A model generated the notes under the pieces. That model did not search any database, was not told the origin of the DNA, and saw only the letters and a list, made by a program, of their open reading frames with translations. From positions 1 to 35,104 of the forward strand of contig DZDB01000005.1 of assembly GCA_022736605.1 (NCBI GenBank): a stretch of 35,104 nucleotides of DNA, given 5' to 3'. Position 1 is the first letter of the stretch. Every line of letters begins with the position of its first letter. A program made the position numbers and the translations under genes. Source of the stretch: Sideroxydans lithotrophicus (GTDB taxonomy: Bacteria > Pseudomonadota > Gammaproteobacteria > Burkholderiales > Sulfuriferulaceae). This document shows positions 1 to 9,267 of the stretch, piece after piece.

Positions 1-1421
1 ATCGTCCCGGTGCGCGACCCGATTTTGCCGTCAACGCCACGTTTGATCTGTTTGACAAACTCGGCGCCACCGAAGAGCAGCTGGATTTCCCGGTGGTTTA
101 CGCTTCGGCGCTGAATGGCTTTGCCATGCTCGACATGTCTGAAAAAACCGACACCATGCGCGCGCTGTTTGAAACCATCCTCAAGCACGTCCCCGCGCCC
201 GCTGGCGACCCGGAAGGCCCGCTGCAATTACAGATTTCGGCACTTGATTATTCCAGCTTCGTTGGGCGCATCGGCGTTGGCCGTGTCAGCAATGGCCGCA
301 TTAAGCCAGGCCAGAGCGTGGTCGTCATGGCCGGTCCGGACGGCACGCCCAAAACCGGGCGCATCAACCAGGTGCTGGGTTTCCAGGGCCTGAACCGCGT
401 GCTGGTGGACGAAGCCGAAGCTGGCGACATCGTGCTGATTAACGGCATTGAAGACATTGGTATCGGCGTCACCATTTGTGACCGCGAAACTCCCCAGGCG
501 CTGCCTATGCTCAAAGTCGACGAACCAACGCTGACCATGACGTTCCAGGTCAACAGCTCGCCGCTGGCCGGTACCGAAGGCAAGTTCGTCACCAGCCGTC
601 AGATCCGTGACCGCCTGAACAAAGAGCTGCTAACCAACGTCGCGCTGAAAGTGGAAGACACCGCCGATGCAGATACCTTTCTGGTCTCGGGTCGCGGCGA
701 ACTGCACCTGACCATTCTGCTGGAAAGCATGCGCCGCGAAGGCTTCGAAATTGCCGTGTCGAAACCGCGCGTGGTGTACAAGGAAATCGACGGCGAAAAA
801 TCCGAGCCGTATGAAGCGCTGACTGTGGACGTGGAAGAAGTCAACCAGGGCGCCATCATGGAAGAGCTTGGCCGCCGCCGTGGCGACCTGCAGGACATGC
901 AGCCCGACGGCCAGGGCCGGGTTCGGCTGGAATACCGTATTCCGGCGCGCGGCCTGATCGGCTTCCAGTCCGAATTCATGACCCTGACGCGCGGCACCGG
1001 CATCATGGCACACGTTTTTGACGATTACGGCCCAATGAAAGCCGACATGCCGGGACGTCGCAACGGCGTGCTGATTTCGCAGGATCAGGGCGAAGCCGTG
1101 GCCTATGCACTGTGGAAGCTGGAAGACCGTGGCCGCATGTTCGTCGCCCCTGGCGACAAACTGTACGAAGGCATCATCATCGGCGTGCACAGCCGCGACA
1201 ACGACCTGGTGGTCAACCCGATCAAGGGCAAGCAGCTCACCAACGTGCGCGCTTCCGGTACCGATGAAGCCGTGCGCCTGACCCCGCCGATGAAAATGAC
1301 GCTGGAATCCGCAGTGGAATTCATCGAAGACGACGAGCTGGTGGAAATCACCCCGCAGTCGATTCGTATCCGCAAGCGCTTTCTGACCGAGAACGAACGC
1401 AAGCGTAACCGCAGCGCTTAA
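1..1421 (+). CDS. typA: Translational GTPase TypA/BipA, 5'-truncated by window edge
   Basis: Frame is open from base 3 ([35 protein letters not shown]). Motifs [32 protein letters not shown] and the BipA C-terminal [16 protein letters not shown]...DDELVEITP. Confidence 0.97.
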   Translation, partial: RPGARPDFAVNATFDLFDKLGATEEQLDFPVVYASALNGFAMLDMSEKTDTMRALFETILKHVPAPAGDPEGPLQLQISALDYSSFVGRIGVGRVSNGRIKPGQSVVVMAGPDGTPKTGRINQVLGFQGLNRVLVDEAEAGDIVLINGIEDIGIGVTICDRETPQALPMLKVDEPTLTMTFQVNSSPLAGTEGKFVTSRQIRDRLNKELLTNVALKVEDTADADTFLVSGRGELHLTILLESMRREGFEIAVSKPRVVYKEIDGEKSEPYEALTVDVEEVNQGAIMEELGRRRGDLQDMQPDGQGRVRLEYRIPARGLIGFQSEFMTLTRGTGIMAHVFDDYGPMKADMPGRRNGVLISQDQGEAVAYALWKLEDRGRMFVAPGDKLYEGIIIGVHSRDNDLVVNPIKGKQLTNVRASGTDEAVRLTPPMKMTLESAVEFIEDDELVEITPQSIRIRKRFLTENERKRNRSA

Positions 1422-1436
1422 GTTCAACTATCGGCA

Positions 1437-1476
1437 CAATAAAAAACCCCGACGCATGCGTCGGGGTTTTTTATTG
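1437..1476. terminator. Bidirectional-type intrinsic terminator after typA
   Basis: caataaaaaaccccgacgca|tgcgtcggggttttttattg is a perfect 40-bp palindrome: GC stem flanked by A6/T6, starting 15 nt after the typA stop. Confidence 0.92.
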
Positions 1477-1501
1477 CATACAGCGCGCCCTTGCGCTGCT
1501 C

Positions 1502-1525
1502 TATAATCCGCGCTTCAAGTTGGAG
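1502..1525 (+). promoter_or_regulatory. Putative sigma70 -10 box and RBS for rmuC
   Basis: TATAAT at 1502-1507 directly after the terminator; GGAG at 1522-1525 before ATG 1531. No well-spaced -35 seen. Confidence 0.5.
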
Positions 1526-1530
1526 AAACC

Positions 1531-2904
1531 ATGCTCGAAATCCTGATTGGCCTCGGCGCTGCATTCATCCTTGTCGCCCTCGTCTGGCTGGCGCTCAAAC
1601 TCAACGCACTGGCGGCCACGCTGCCTGCCAGCCTGAACCATGAGCTGGAAGCGCGCCACCGCGCCATGCTCGGCGATCTGCACGACGGCCTTGCCAGACA
1701 GTCAGAGCGCACCCATAACGCGTTGACTGAGGTTTCAGAACGCCTGCGCAGCACCGTCGGCAGCGAGCTGGGCGCAACTCGCGACAATGTACAGACGTTA
1801 CAGTTATCACAAACCGAACAGTTGGCCAGCATGCGCACTGCGATCAACGCACAACTGGCTGAATTCGCAGCGACACTGCAAACAGCCCAGGCCGGTTTTC
1901 TGGCACAGACGCTGCAAACCCTGGCTGAACAGGGCCGCGCCGAGCAAACACTGATCCAGACCACGATGCACAACGCCACGCAGCAATTGTCCAGCGCGGT
2001 CGACACCCTGGCCAAAGGCGTGGACGCAAGATTGGCAGAGATTTCCGGCAAAGTCACCGAGCGCCTGGACGAAGGCTTCAAAAAAACCAACGAAACCTTT
2101 GCCAACGTCATGGCGCGGCTTGCCACCATCGACGAGGCGCAGAAAAAAATCGACGGCCTGTCAAGCAATGTGTTGACGCTACAAGAATTATTGGGCGACA
2201 AACGCTCTCGCGGGGCATTTGGCGAGGTACAACTGGAAGGGCTGGTGCGCAATATCCTGCCGCCGGATGCGTACAGCTTCCAGACCTCCTTATCGAACGG
2301 CAGCCGCGCCGATTGCGTGCTGGTGCTGCCAGAGCCAACCGGCAAAGTGGCGGTCGATTCGAAATTTCCGCTGGAAAACTACAACCGCATGTTCATCCGC
2401 GACGGCTCAGACAGCGACCGCAGCCTGGCGACGCGCGCCTTCAAATCCGACGTGAAAAAACACGTCGATGATATCGCCAGCAAGTACATCATCGAACACG
2501 AAACCTCGGACGGCGCGGTAATGTTCCTGCCTGCCGAAGCAGTGTTTGCCGAGATTCACGCCTATCACACCGATCTGGTCGAATACGCCATGAGCCGCCG
2601 CGTGTGGATCGTCTCGCCGACCACGCTGATGGCGGTACTGAACACCGCGCGCGCGGTCATCAAGGACGTCGAAACGCGCCGCCAGGTGCACATCATCAAG
2701 GACGAATTGTCCAAGCTGGGCAAGGATTTTTCCCGCTTCGACGAGCGCATGAAAAAACTCGCCGATCACATCCGCCAGGCCAACGACGACGCCACCCAGG
2801 TTCACATCAGCAGCCAGAAAATCAGCAAGCGCTTCAACCAGATTGAGGCGGTCGATCTGGAACACCTGCAAGCTGCGCCACTATTGCCCGACGCTGACGC
2901 ATGA
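1531..2904 (+). CDS. rmuC: DNA recombination protein RmuC
   Basis: N-terminal TM helix, long coiled-coil region, then RGAFGEVQLE, RADC, VDSKFPLENY, AVMFLPAEAVFAEI and IVSPTTLMAVL motifs. Confidence 0.93.
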   Translation: MLEILIGLGAAFILVALVWLALKLNALAATLPASLNHELEARHRAMLGDLHDGLARQSERTHNALTEVSERLRSTVGSELGATRDNVQTLQLSQTEQLASMRTAINAQLAEFAATLQTAQAGFLAQTLQTLAEQGRAEQTLIQTTMHNATQQLSSAVDTLAKGVDARLAEISGKVTERLDEGFKKTNETFANVMARLATIDEAQKKIDGLSSNVLTLQELLGDKRSRGAFGEVQLEGLVRNILPPDAYSFQTSLSNGSRADCVLVLPEPTGKVAVDSKFPLENYNRMFIRDGSDSDRSLATRAFKSDVKKHVDDIASKYIIEHETSDGAVMFLPAEAVFAEIHAYHTDLVEYAMSRRVWIVSPTTLMAVLNTARAVIKDVETRRQVHIIKDELSKLGKDFSRFDERMKKLADHIRQANDDATQVHISSQKISKRFNQIEAVDLEHLQAAPLLPDADA

Positions 2905-4064
2905 CCATGCCGCGAATTGCCCATCGGGTACGCGATATCGCGCCATTTCACGTCATGGCAATCCTGGCGCGAGCACGTGAACTGGAGGCCGCTGGGCGCT
3001 CGATTATTCATCTGGAAATCGGCGAACCGGATTTTCCCACGCCTCAACCCATCATCGATGCCGGCATCCAGGCGCTGCAACGCGGCGATCTGCACTACAC
3101 ACCTGCGCTTGGCTTGCCTGCGCTGCGAGCGTGCATCGCCGATTACTATGCCAGCCAGTACGGCGTGACAGTCGACGCCCAACGCATCGTCGTGACACCC
3201 GGCGCATCCGGCGCACTGCTGCTGGCCTTGGGATTGCTGGCGGAGCCGTCGGATCAGATTATGCTGGCCGACCCGGGCTACCCATGTAACCGTCACTTTG
3301 CGCGCTTTATTGAAGCGCAAACGCTGGCTGTACCAGTTGATGCCGACAGCGCCTACCAGCTCACCCCGACCCTGGTTGAACACCACTGGACACCCGACGT
3401 CAAAGTGGTGCTGCTCGCCTCACCCTCAAACCCAACCGGCAGCGTGGTGCCTGACGCGGACGTGCGTGCTATCGCCTCGCTGTGTGCCGCCCGTGGTGCC
3501 TACCTGGTGGTGGACGAGATTTATCATGGGCTGATTTACGAAGGTAACTATCAGACCGCGCTGGCGCACTCTGACCAGGTGTTTGTAGTGAACAGCTTTT
3601 CGAAATACTTCCAGATGACCGGCTGGCGGCTCGGCTGGCTGGTGGCGCCCGACTGGGCCATGACAGCACTGGATCGACTCGCGCAGAACCTGTTTCTGGC
3701 AGCGTCCACGCCCGCACAACTTGCTGCGATCGCCGCTTTTGAACCCACCTGCATTGCCCTGCTTGAATCGCGCAAGGCTGAACTGAAAACCCGTCGCGAC
3801 TATCTGGCAACCCACTTGATGGAACTTGGATTTGGTTTACCAGTAATGCCGCAGGGGGCATTTTATCTGTATGCAGACTGTTCCCGCTTCACGCAGGACA
3901 GCTTTGAATTTGCGCGCATGTTACTTGAAGAAACCGGCGTAGCCATCACACCCGGGCGCGACTTTGGGACACACAAGGCAAATCAATATCTGCGTTTTGC
4001 CTACACAACCTCACTGCCAAATCTCGAATCTGCAATCTACCGACTGAAACAAAAACTGGGCTGA
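2901..4064 (+). CDS. PLP-dependent class I/II aminotransferase (AspC-like; substrate unknown)
   Basis: LEIGEPDF, SPSNPTG, VDEIYH and PLP-lysine motif NSFSKYFQMTGWRLG; ATGA overlap with rmuC. Confidence 0.92.
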   Translation: MTMPRIAHRVRDIAPFHVMAILARARELEAAGRSIIHLEIGEPDFPTPQPIIDAGIQALQRGDLHYTPALGLPALRACIADYYASQYGVTVDAQRIVVTPGASGALLLALGLLAEPSDQIMLADPGYPCNRHFARFIEAQTLAVPVDADSAYQLTPTLVEHHWTPDVKVVLLASPSNPTGSVVPDADVRAIASLCAARGAYLVVDEIYHGLIYEGNYQTALAHSDQVFVVNSFSKYFQMTGWRLGWLVAPDWAMTALDRLAQNLFLAASTPAQLAAIAAFEPTCIALLESRKAELKTRRDYLATHLMELGFGLPVMPQGAFYLYADCSRFTQDSFEFARMLLEETGVAITPGRDFGTHKANQYLRFAYTTSLPNLESAIYRLKQKLG

Positions 4065-4104
4065 GTTACCCAATGCGCGTCAAGCTGACAAAATCAACCA
4101 CAAT

Positions 4105-4134
4105 AAAAAAAGCCGACATAAAGTCGGCTTTTTT
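4105..4134. terminator. Bidirectional intrinsic terminator between convergent genes
   Basis: aaaaaaa-gccgac-ataaa-gtcggc-tttttt between the aminotransferase (+) and lipoprotein (-) stops. Confidence 0.9.
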
Positions 4135-4156
4135 AACAGCAGGTGGTCTTGCTGAA

Positions 4157-4429
4157 TTACTGAGCTGCAGGTGCAGCAGGAGCAGCCGCATCGGCAGGTG
4201 CAGCAGGTGCAGCAGCATCAGCTGGTGCAGCAGGTGCAGCAGCATCAGCTGGTGCAGCAGGTGCAGCAGCATCGGCAGGTGCAGCAGGCATAGCGGCATC
4301 AGGTGCAGCAGGTGCTGGGGCTTCAGCAGCAGGTGCAGCAGCATCAGCAGGCGCTGGTGCTTCTTCTTTTTTACCGCAAGCGGTCAGGGTAAGAGCCAAC
4401 AGGGCGGCAAGCAGGACGGAGTGTTTCAT
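4157..4429 (-). CDS. Small Ala/Pro-rich repeat lipoprotein (90 aa)
   Basis: Signal MKHSVLLAALLALTLTA-C (lipobox LTAC, Cys18), AAGGGA RBS, downstream terminator; mature part is almost only A/P/D/E. Confidence 0.88.
   Translation of the reverse strand: MKHSVLLAALLALTLTACGKKEEAPAPADAAAPAAEAPAPAAPDAAMPAAPADAAAPAAPADAAAPAAPADAAAPAAPADAAAPAAPAAQ
4181..4288. repeat. Coding tandem repeat, 4 x 27 bp (PAAPADAAA)
   Basis: Units at 4208-4234 and 4235-4261 are identical (tgcagcagcatcagctggtgcagcagg); the two flanking units differ only at synonymous sites. Confidence 0.92.
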
Positions 4430-4509
4430 TTATGTTCCCTTAAAAAATAATGACAAGTAACCACAGCGAATCGGCCCAAAGTCATTTAAAAAAACGACCG
4501 ACGGATAAA

Positions 4510-4555
4510 ATTCTAGCAAAATCCTAGAAATTTGCTAGTGCTTAATGAATTCTAG
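4510..4555 (-). promoter_or_regulatory. Putative promoter/operator region of the lipoprotein gene
   Basis: Minus-strand extended -10 TGcTAGAAT (4518-4510) and a second TAGAAT (4554-4549), overlapping the inverted repeat CTAGCAAA-N10-TTTGCTAG (4513-4538). Confidence 0.45.
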
Positions 4556-4642
4556 CGATATATTTCACAATAATGTACGTGACCAGGCTGCTAGCGTATC
4601 CATTCATCACCCAGACACTGCCCATTCACTGTCTCGGTTAGC

Positions 4643-5767
4643 TTAGTCACCAGCCTGACCCAGTACGACATACCCATCCAGATACAGTGGATATAATGCA
4701 ATCAGTAAACTTGCCGTGATCTGCGCGCCTGCCAATCGACGCCGATCTGCCAGCTGTTGCAGCGTCGTCGCGTCAGGCATTGCAGCCAATGGCTCACCGT
4801 TTAAATAGAATGTGTTACCGCGCCACAGCATCAGCGATTTCGGCGCGAGCGCTATGCCTTGCTTGTGTGCGCGCCGCGCAAACGCCGATTGCGTCAACGC
4901 CGGCTCAGGCGGATCAAAAAACAGATGCGGTTTAGGCTCGGTGAGATACCGCCCGAGAAAATCAGCGATGTCTGCGCGTTGCCAACCAACACGTGCAATC
5001 ATGTCCGCAACCTGATTAAGCATCGCGTCGCCAATTTCGCCCGGATGCGACTGCAAAGCCAAATCCGCATCCTGATACATACCGGGCAAATCCAGTTTGT
5101 CTTGCAGGTAAACCAGAAACTGGGTAGCGATTTCCTGCACACTGGGCGCACGGAAACCGATCGAATACGTGGTACAAGCGTCAACCGCCACGCCGTTGTG
5201 AGCATAATGCGGCGGCAGATAAAGCATATCGCCGGGATTCAGCACCCATTCGTGTTCAGGCACAAAATTTTGCAATATCTTGAGCGGCGCACCATCCACC
5301 AGCGTCAAATCCGTTTGCGCACTGATTTGCCAGCGCCGCTGGCCGCTGCCCTGTAGCAGGAACACATCGTAGGAATCAAAATGCGCGCCCACGCCGCCTC
5401 CTGGCACCGCATAACTCACCATGAGGTCGTCGAGCCGCGCATGCGGAATAAAATCAAATTGCTGCAACAAATCACGCGCTGAGGCCAAGTGATGGTTCAA
5501 TTCCTGCACCAGCAAGGTCCACGGTAGTCGGGCTTTAGGTTTGAAATCAGACGGTTTGAACGGGCCATGATCCAGCGCCCAGCCAGCCTTGGTTTCGCGG
5601 ATCAGCCGCGCCTGTGCCTCGTCTTCACACGCCAGCGCCTGTAATGCTGTGTAGTCAAGCAATCCGGCAAACCCGGGAATCGCATTACGTACCAGCAGCG
5701 GCTGTTTTTGCCAGTAGTCCCGCAAAAATTCTGCGGCACTCAGACCGCCCAACAAATGTTTATCCAT
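4643..5767 (-). CDS. roxA: JmjC/cupin 2OG-Fe(II) oxygenase, RoxA/YcfD-like (ribosomal protein uL16 Arg hydroxylase family)
   Basis: FLRDYWQKQPLL, RLDDLMVSYAVPGGGVGAHFDSYDVFLLQG (HxD), PGDMLYLPPHYAHNG (distal His), YSIGFRAP. Confidence 0.88.
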   Translation of the reverse strand: MDKHLLGGLSAAEFLRDYWQKQPLLVRNAIPGFAGLLDYTALQALACEDEAQARLIRETKAGWALDHGPFKPSDFKPKARLPWTLLVQELNHHLASARDLLQQFDFIPHARLDDLMVSYAVPGGGVGAHFDSYDVFLLQGSGQRRWQISAQTDLTLVDGAPLKILQNFVPEHEWVLNPGDMLYLPPHYAHNGVAVDACTTYSIGFRAPSVQEIATQFLVYLQDKLDLPGMYQDADLALQSHPGEIGDAMLNQVADMIARVGWQRADIADFLGRYLTEPKPHLFFDPPEPALTQSAFARRAHKQGIALAPKSLMLWRGNTFYLNGEPLAAMPDATTLQQLADRRRLAGAQITASLLIALYPLYLDGYVVLGQAGD

Positions 5768-5876
5768 GCCCGATTATAAAGCAGCCGTTGGCAACATTTT
5801 TTTGAAATGGGTTAGAATTCGGCCTTTGACGCGTTGCGTCGACCCAATCCAATCTAACCGCCCACTCGAGGTCATC

Positions 5877-6356
5877 ATGCAAATTGCCAAGGACACCATC
5901 GTCACCATCAGTTACCAGCTCAGCAACCTGCAAGGTGAAATATTGGAAAAAAGCAGCGAGCCAGTTAGTTACTTGCATGGCGGCTATGACGGCATTTTCC
6001 CGACCGTCGAAGAAGCCCTGCAAGGCAAAAACGAAGGTGATGATCTCGACGTGACACTGGAGCCGGAATACGCATTTGGCGAGTACGAAGCCGAGCTGGT
6101 GCGCACCGAACCACGTCATCTGTTCCCGGCCGACGCCAGTGTGGGCATGCAGTTTGAAGGCGCTGCCGAAGGTACCGAAGAATTCATGCTGTACACAGTA
6201 ACCGACATCACCGACGACACCGTAGTCGTCGACGGCAACCACCCACTGGCTGGCCAAACGCTGAAATTCAGCTGCCATGTAGACAGCGTACGTGCTGCCA
6301 GCGCCGAAGAGGTCGCCCATGGCCACGCCCACGGCGAGCACGGCCATCACCATTGA
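5877..6356 (+). CDS. slyD: FKBP-type peptidyl-prolyl isomerase SlyD with short His tail
   Basis: MQIAKDTIVTISYQL start (GAGG RBS upstream), YLHGG, PEYAFGEY, VDGNHPLAGQTLKF, C-terminal HGHAHGEHGHHH. Start moved from 5766 to 5877. Confidence 0.92.
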   Translation: MQIAKDTIVTISYQLSNLQGEILEKSSEPVSYLHGGYDGIFPTVEEALQGKNEGDDLDVTLEPEYAFGEYEAELVRTEPRHLFPADASVGMQFEGAAEGTEEFMLYTVTDITDDTVVVDGNHPLAGQTLKFSCHVDSVRAASAEEVAHGHAHGEHGHHH

Positions 6357-6438
6357 TCATGGAAACCAGGCGGGTGGATATGCGCGTTAGCCAGCCCGAT
6401 TTCCGTTACAATGCCGCCTTTTTACCGTCTGACTGCCC

Positions 6439-7407
6439 ATGAAAACCACCTTTCTGGACTTCGAGCAGCCGATCGCCGAGCTGGAAGCAAAAATCGAAGA
6501 GTTGCGTTACGTACAGGACGACTCGGCGCTGGACATCTCGGTAGAAATTGGCCGTCTGCAAAAAAAGAGCGAAAAACTGACCAAAGACATCTACGCCAAA
6601 CTCACGCCCTGGCAGATTTCACAAGTTGCACGCCATCCGCAACGTCCGTATTCGCTCGACTACCTGGGCGCATTGTTCACCGACTTTGAAGAACTGCACG
6701 GCGACCGCGCCTACGGCGATGACCCGGCCATCGTGGGTGGCCTGGCACGTTTCAACGGCAACAGCGTAATGGTCATCGGCCATCAAAAAGGCCGCGACAC
6801 CAAGGAAAAAATCTACCGTAATTTCGGCATGCCACGCCCGGAAGGCTATCGCAAAGCGCTGCGACTGATGCGTCTGGCTGAGAAATTCGGCGTGCCAGTG
6901 ATGACCTTCATCGACACCCCCGGCGCCTACCCGGGCATCGGCGCCGAAGAACGCGGCCAATCCGAAGCCATTGCACGCAACCTGTTCGTCATGGCCGAGC
7001 TGAAGACGCCGGTTCTCTGCACCATCATCGGCGAAGGCGGGTCGGGCGGCGCGCTGGCGATTGGTGTCGGTGACCAGACCATGATGCTGCAATATTCGAC
7101 CTATTCCGTTATTTCACCCGAAGGCTGCGCGTCGATCTTGTGGAAAAGCGCCGACAAAGCGCCGGTCGCCGCTGAAACCCTCGGCATCACCGCACCACGA
7201 CTGAAATCACTCAATCTGATCGACCGCATCGTCAACGAACCGCTTGGTGGCGCACACCGTGACCCGGCACTGATGATGCAATCCATGAAAAAATCCCTGC
7301 AGGATGCGCTCGACGACCTCACCAAACAACCCATCGACGTCCTGCTTGAAACCCGCTACGAGCGCCTGATGAGCTATGGCCGCTTCAAGGAAACCGTCGC
7401 CAAATAG
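6439..7407 (+). CDS. accA: Acetyl-CoA carboxylase carboxyltransferase alpha subunit
   Basis: [59 protein letters not shown]. Confidence 0.98.
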   Translation: MKTTFLDFEQPIAELEAKIEELRYVQDDSALDISVEIGRLQKKSEKLTKDIYAKLTPWQISQVARHPQRPYSLDYLGALFTDFEELHGDRAYGDDPAIVGGLARFNGNSVMVIGHQKGRDTKEKIYRNFGMPRPEGYRKALRLMRLAEKFGVPVMTFIDTPGAYPGIGAEERGQSEAIARNLFVMAELKTPVLCTIIGEGGSGGALAIGVGDQTMMLQYSTYSVISPEGCASILWKSADKAPVAAETLGITAPRLKSLNLIDRIVNEPLGGAHRDPALMMQSMKKSLQDALDDLTKQPIDVLLETRYERLMSYGRFKETVAK

Positions 7408-8731
7408 CCTGCCAGACAGCGTTGCGGCGTGGCTGACGCAGCACGTTGCGCCTGACAGCCGGATTGCGGTCGGCCTGAGTGGCGGCATGGATTCGGTTGT
7501 ATTGTTCGATGTGCTGGCGCAGCTCGCCGCCAACCACCGTATTCGATTATCCGCCGTCCACATCAACCACCGCATCAGCCCGCACGCCGATGCCTGGGCC
7601 GGTGCGTGTGCACAACTTTGCAGCGAACGGCGCATTCCACTCGAGATACGCACGGTCAATCTGGCCAACATTGCTGAGGTGGGACTCGAAGCCGCCGCAC
7701 GCAAGGCGCGTTATGCCGCATTTGCCGAGCTTGCAGTCGACTTTATCGCCCTCGCCCACCACCGCGACGACCAGGCTGAAACATTGCTGCTACAACTGTT
7801 GCGCGGCGCTGGGCCGAAAGGCCTGGCGGCGATGCCAACACTGCGTCAACCTGCCAGTGGCCCGGCACTGCTGCGACCGTTACTGGATCATGATCGCAGC
7901 GAAATCCAGGCGTGGGCCAACGCCCGGCAGTTACACTGGATAGACGACGAAAGCAACACAGACACGCGTCACGCACGCAATTTTTTACGCCACGACGTGT
8001 TGCCGCTGATCGCCACCCGCTACCCGGCCTGGCGCTCAACACTGGCGCGTAGCGCGCAAAACATGGCCGAAGCCACCGAACTGCTGGACACGCTGGCGGC
8101 CTCCGACGCCGCCGACGCAATGTTGCCGCGTCGCCTCGATTGCGCCCGGCTGGCAGCGCTCACGCCCCCCCGCGCACGCAATTTGCTGCGTTATTTTCTA
8201 TCCCGGCATGGCGTGCCGGGCGCCAGTCGCGAACGCCTGGCCGCGATGCTGGATCAACTCATCGCCGCGCGCAGCGATGCCGGAATCCTGCTTGAACACG
8301 CCGACTGGCAAATGCGCCGTTACCGGGGCTGGGTCTATCTGCTGCCCACCCCTATGCCCATCGCTGCCGGGCAACGCTGGCATTGGGATGCGTCTGCCCC
8401 CCTTGCACTACCCGAACTGGCGGGTCAATTGCAACTGTCAGCACACCGCGGCAACGGTTTGGCGGTGGCCAGACTGGTGGGCGCCAAACTCAATGTACGC
8501 GTACGCCAGGGCGGCGAATCGCTGCGCCCGGATTGCCTGCGGCCACGTCGCAGCCTGAAAAACCTGCTGCAGGAATCCGCCTTGCCACCATGGCAGCGCG
8601 ACCGGCTGCCGTTACTATTTTGCGGCGATACGCTGGTGTGGGTGCCCGGCATCGGCATTGAATGTGACTGGCAAGCGGCTGCAGACAACCCCGGCCTCGC
8701 ACCGCGATGGTTGCCGGATAACCCCGGCTAA
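7376..8731 (+). CDS. tilS: tRNA(Ile)-lysidine synthetase
   Basis: PP-loop [39 protein letters not shown]; follows accA. 7376 is the only in-frame ATG before the PP-loop. Confidence 0.95.
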   Translation: MAASRKPSPNSLPDSVAAWLTQHVAPDSRIAVGLSGGMDSVVLFDVLAQLAANHRIRLSAVHINHRISPHADAWAGACAQLCSERRIPLEIRTVNLANIAEVGLEAAARKARYAAFAELAVDFIALAHHRDDQAETLLLQLLRGAGPKGLAAMPTLRQPASGPALLRPLLDHDRSEIQAWANARQLHWIDDESNTDTRHARNFLRHDVLPLIATRYPAWRSTLARSAQNMAEATELLDTLAASDAADAMLPRRLDCARLAALTPPRARNLLRYFLSRHGVPGASRERLAAMLDQLIAARSDAGILLEHADWQMRRYRGWVYLLPTPMPIAAGQRWHWDASAPLALPELAGQLQLSAHRGNGLAVARLVGAKLNVRVRQGGESLRPDCLRPRRSLKNLLQESALPPWQRDRLPLLFCGDTLVWVPGIGIECDWQAAADNPGLAPRWLPDNPG

Positions 8732-8813
8732 GCCTTTATTTTATGGGCATTTCGTGCTACTTTATGCGAGATTTTCAACCCTAAAAATCCTTTAAAACCC
8801 TTGGAGTCCCACT

Positions 8814-9239
8814 ATGGCTGTCGAACGTACCCTATCCATCATCAAACCCGACGCTGTCGCAAAAAATGTGATCGGCAAAATCTACCAGCGTTTTGAAGAC
8901 GCCGGCCTGAAAATCATCGCCGCCCGTATGATGCACCTGTCACGCGCTGAAGCTGAAGGTTTCTACGCGGTGCACCGCGAGCGCCCATTCTTCAAAGACC
9001 TGGTCGAATTCATGATTTCCGGTCCGGTCATGGTTCAAACCCTTGAAGGCGAAAATGCGATTGCCAAACACCGCGACCTGATGGGCGCGACCGACCCGAA
9101 AAAAGCCGCACCCGGCACCATCCGTGCCGATTTCGCCGACAGCATCGACGCCAACGCTGTACATGGCTCCGATGCAGCAGAAACTGCCGCTGTCGAAATC
9201 GCCTACTACTTCCCGGCGCTGAACATTTACTCGCGTTAA
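8814..9239 (+). CDS. ndk: Nucleoside diphosphate kinase
   Basis: [27 protein letters not shown] (catalytic His); GGAG RBS. Confidence 0.98.
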   Translation: MAVERTLSIIKPDAVAKNVIGKIYQRFEDAGLKIIAARMMHLSRAEAEGFYAVHRERPFFKDLVEFMISGPVMVQTLEGENAIAKHRDLMGATDPKKAAPGTIRADFADSIDANAVHGSDAAETAAVEIAYYFPALNIYSR

Positions 9240-9267
9240 TTTGTCACACGCGGTTTCCATCCCACCC

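Noticed and set aside
4066-4450. Repetitive ORFs 4073-4450 (+, Cys/Ser/Arg repeats) and 4066-4344 (-, Leu/His repeats); possible CRISPR-like array
   Set aside because: They are alternative frames of the 27-bp coding repeat. Only the 4429-4157 frame has an RBS and lipobox. The repeats are contiguous with no spacers, and there are no cas genes.
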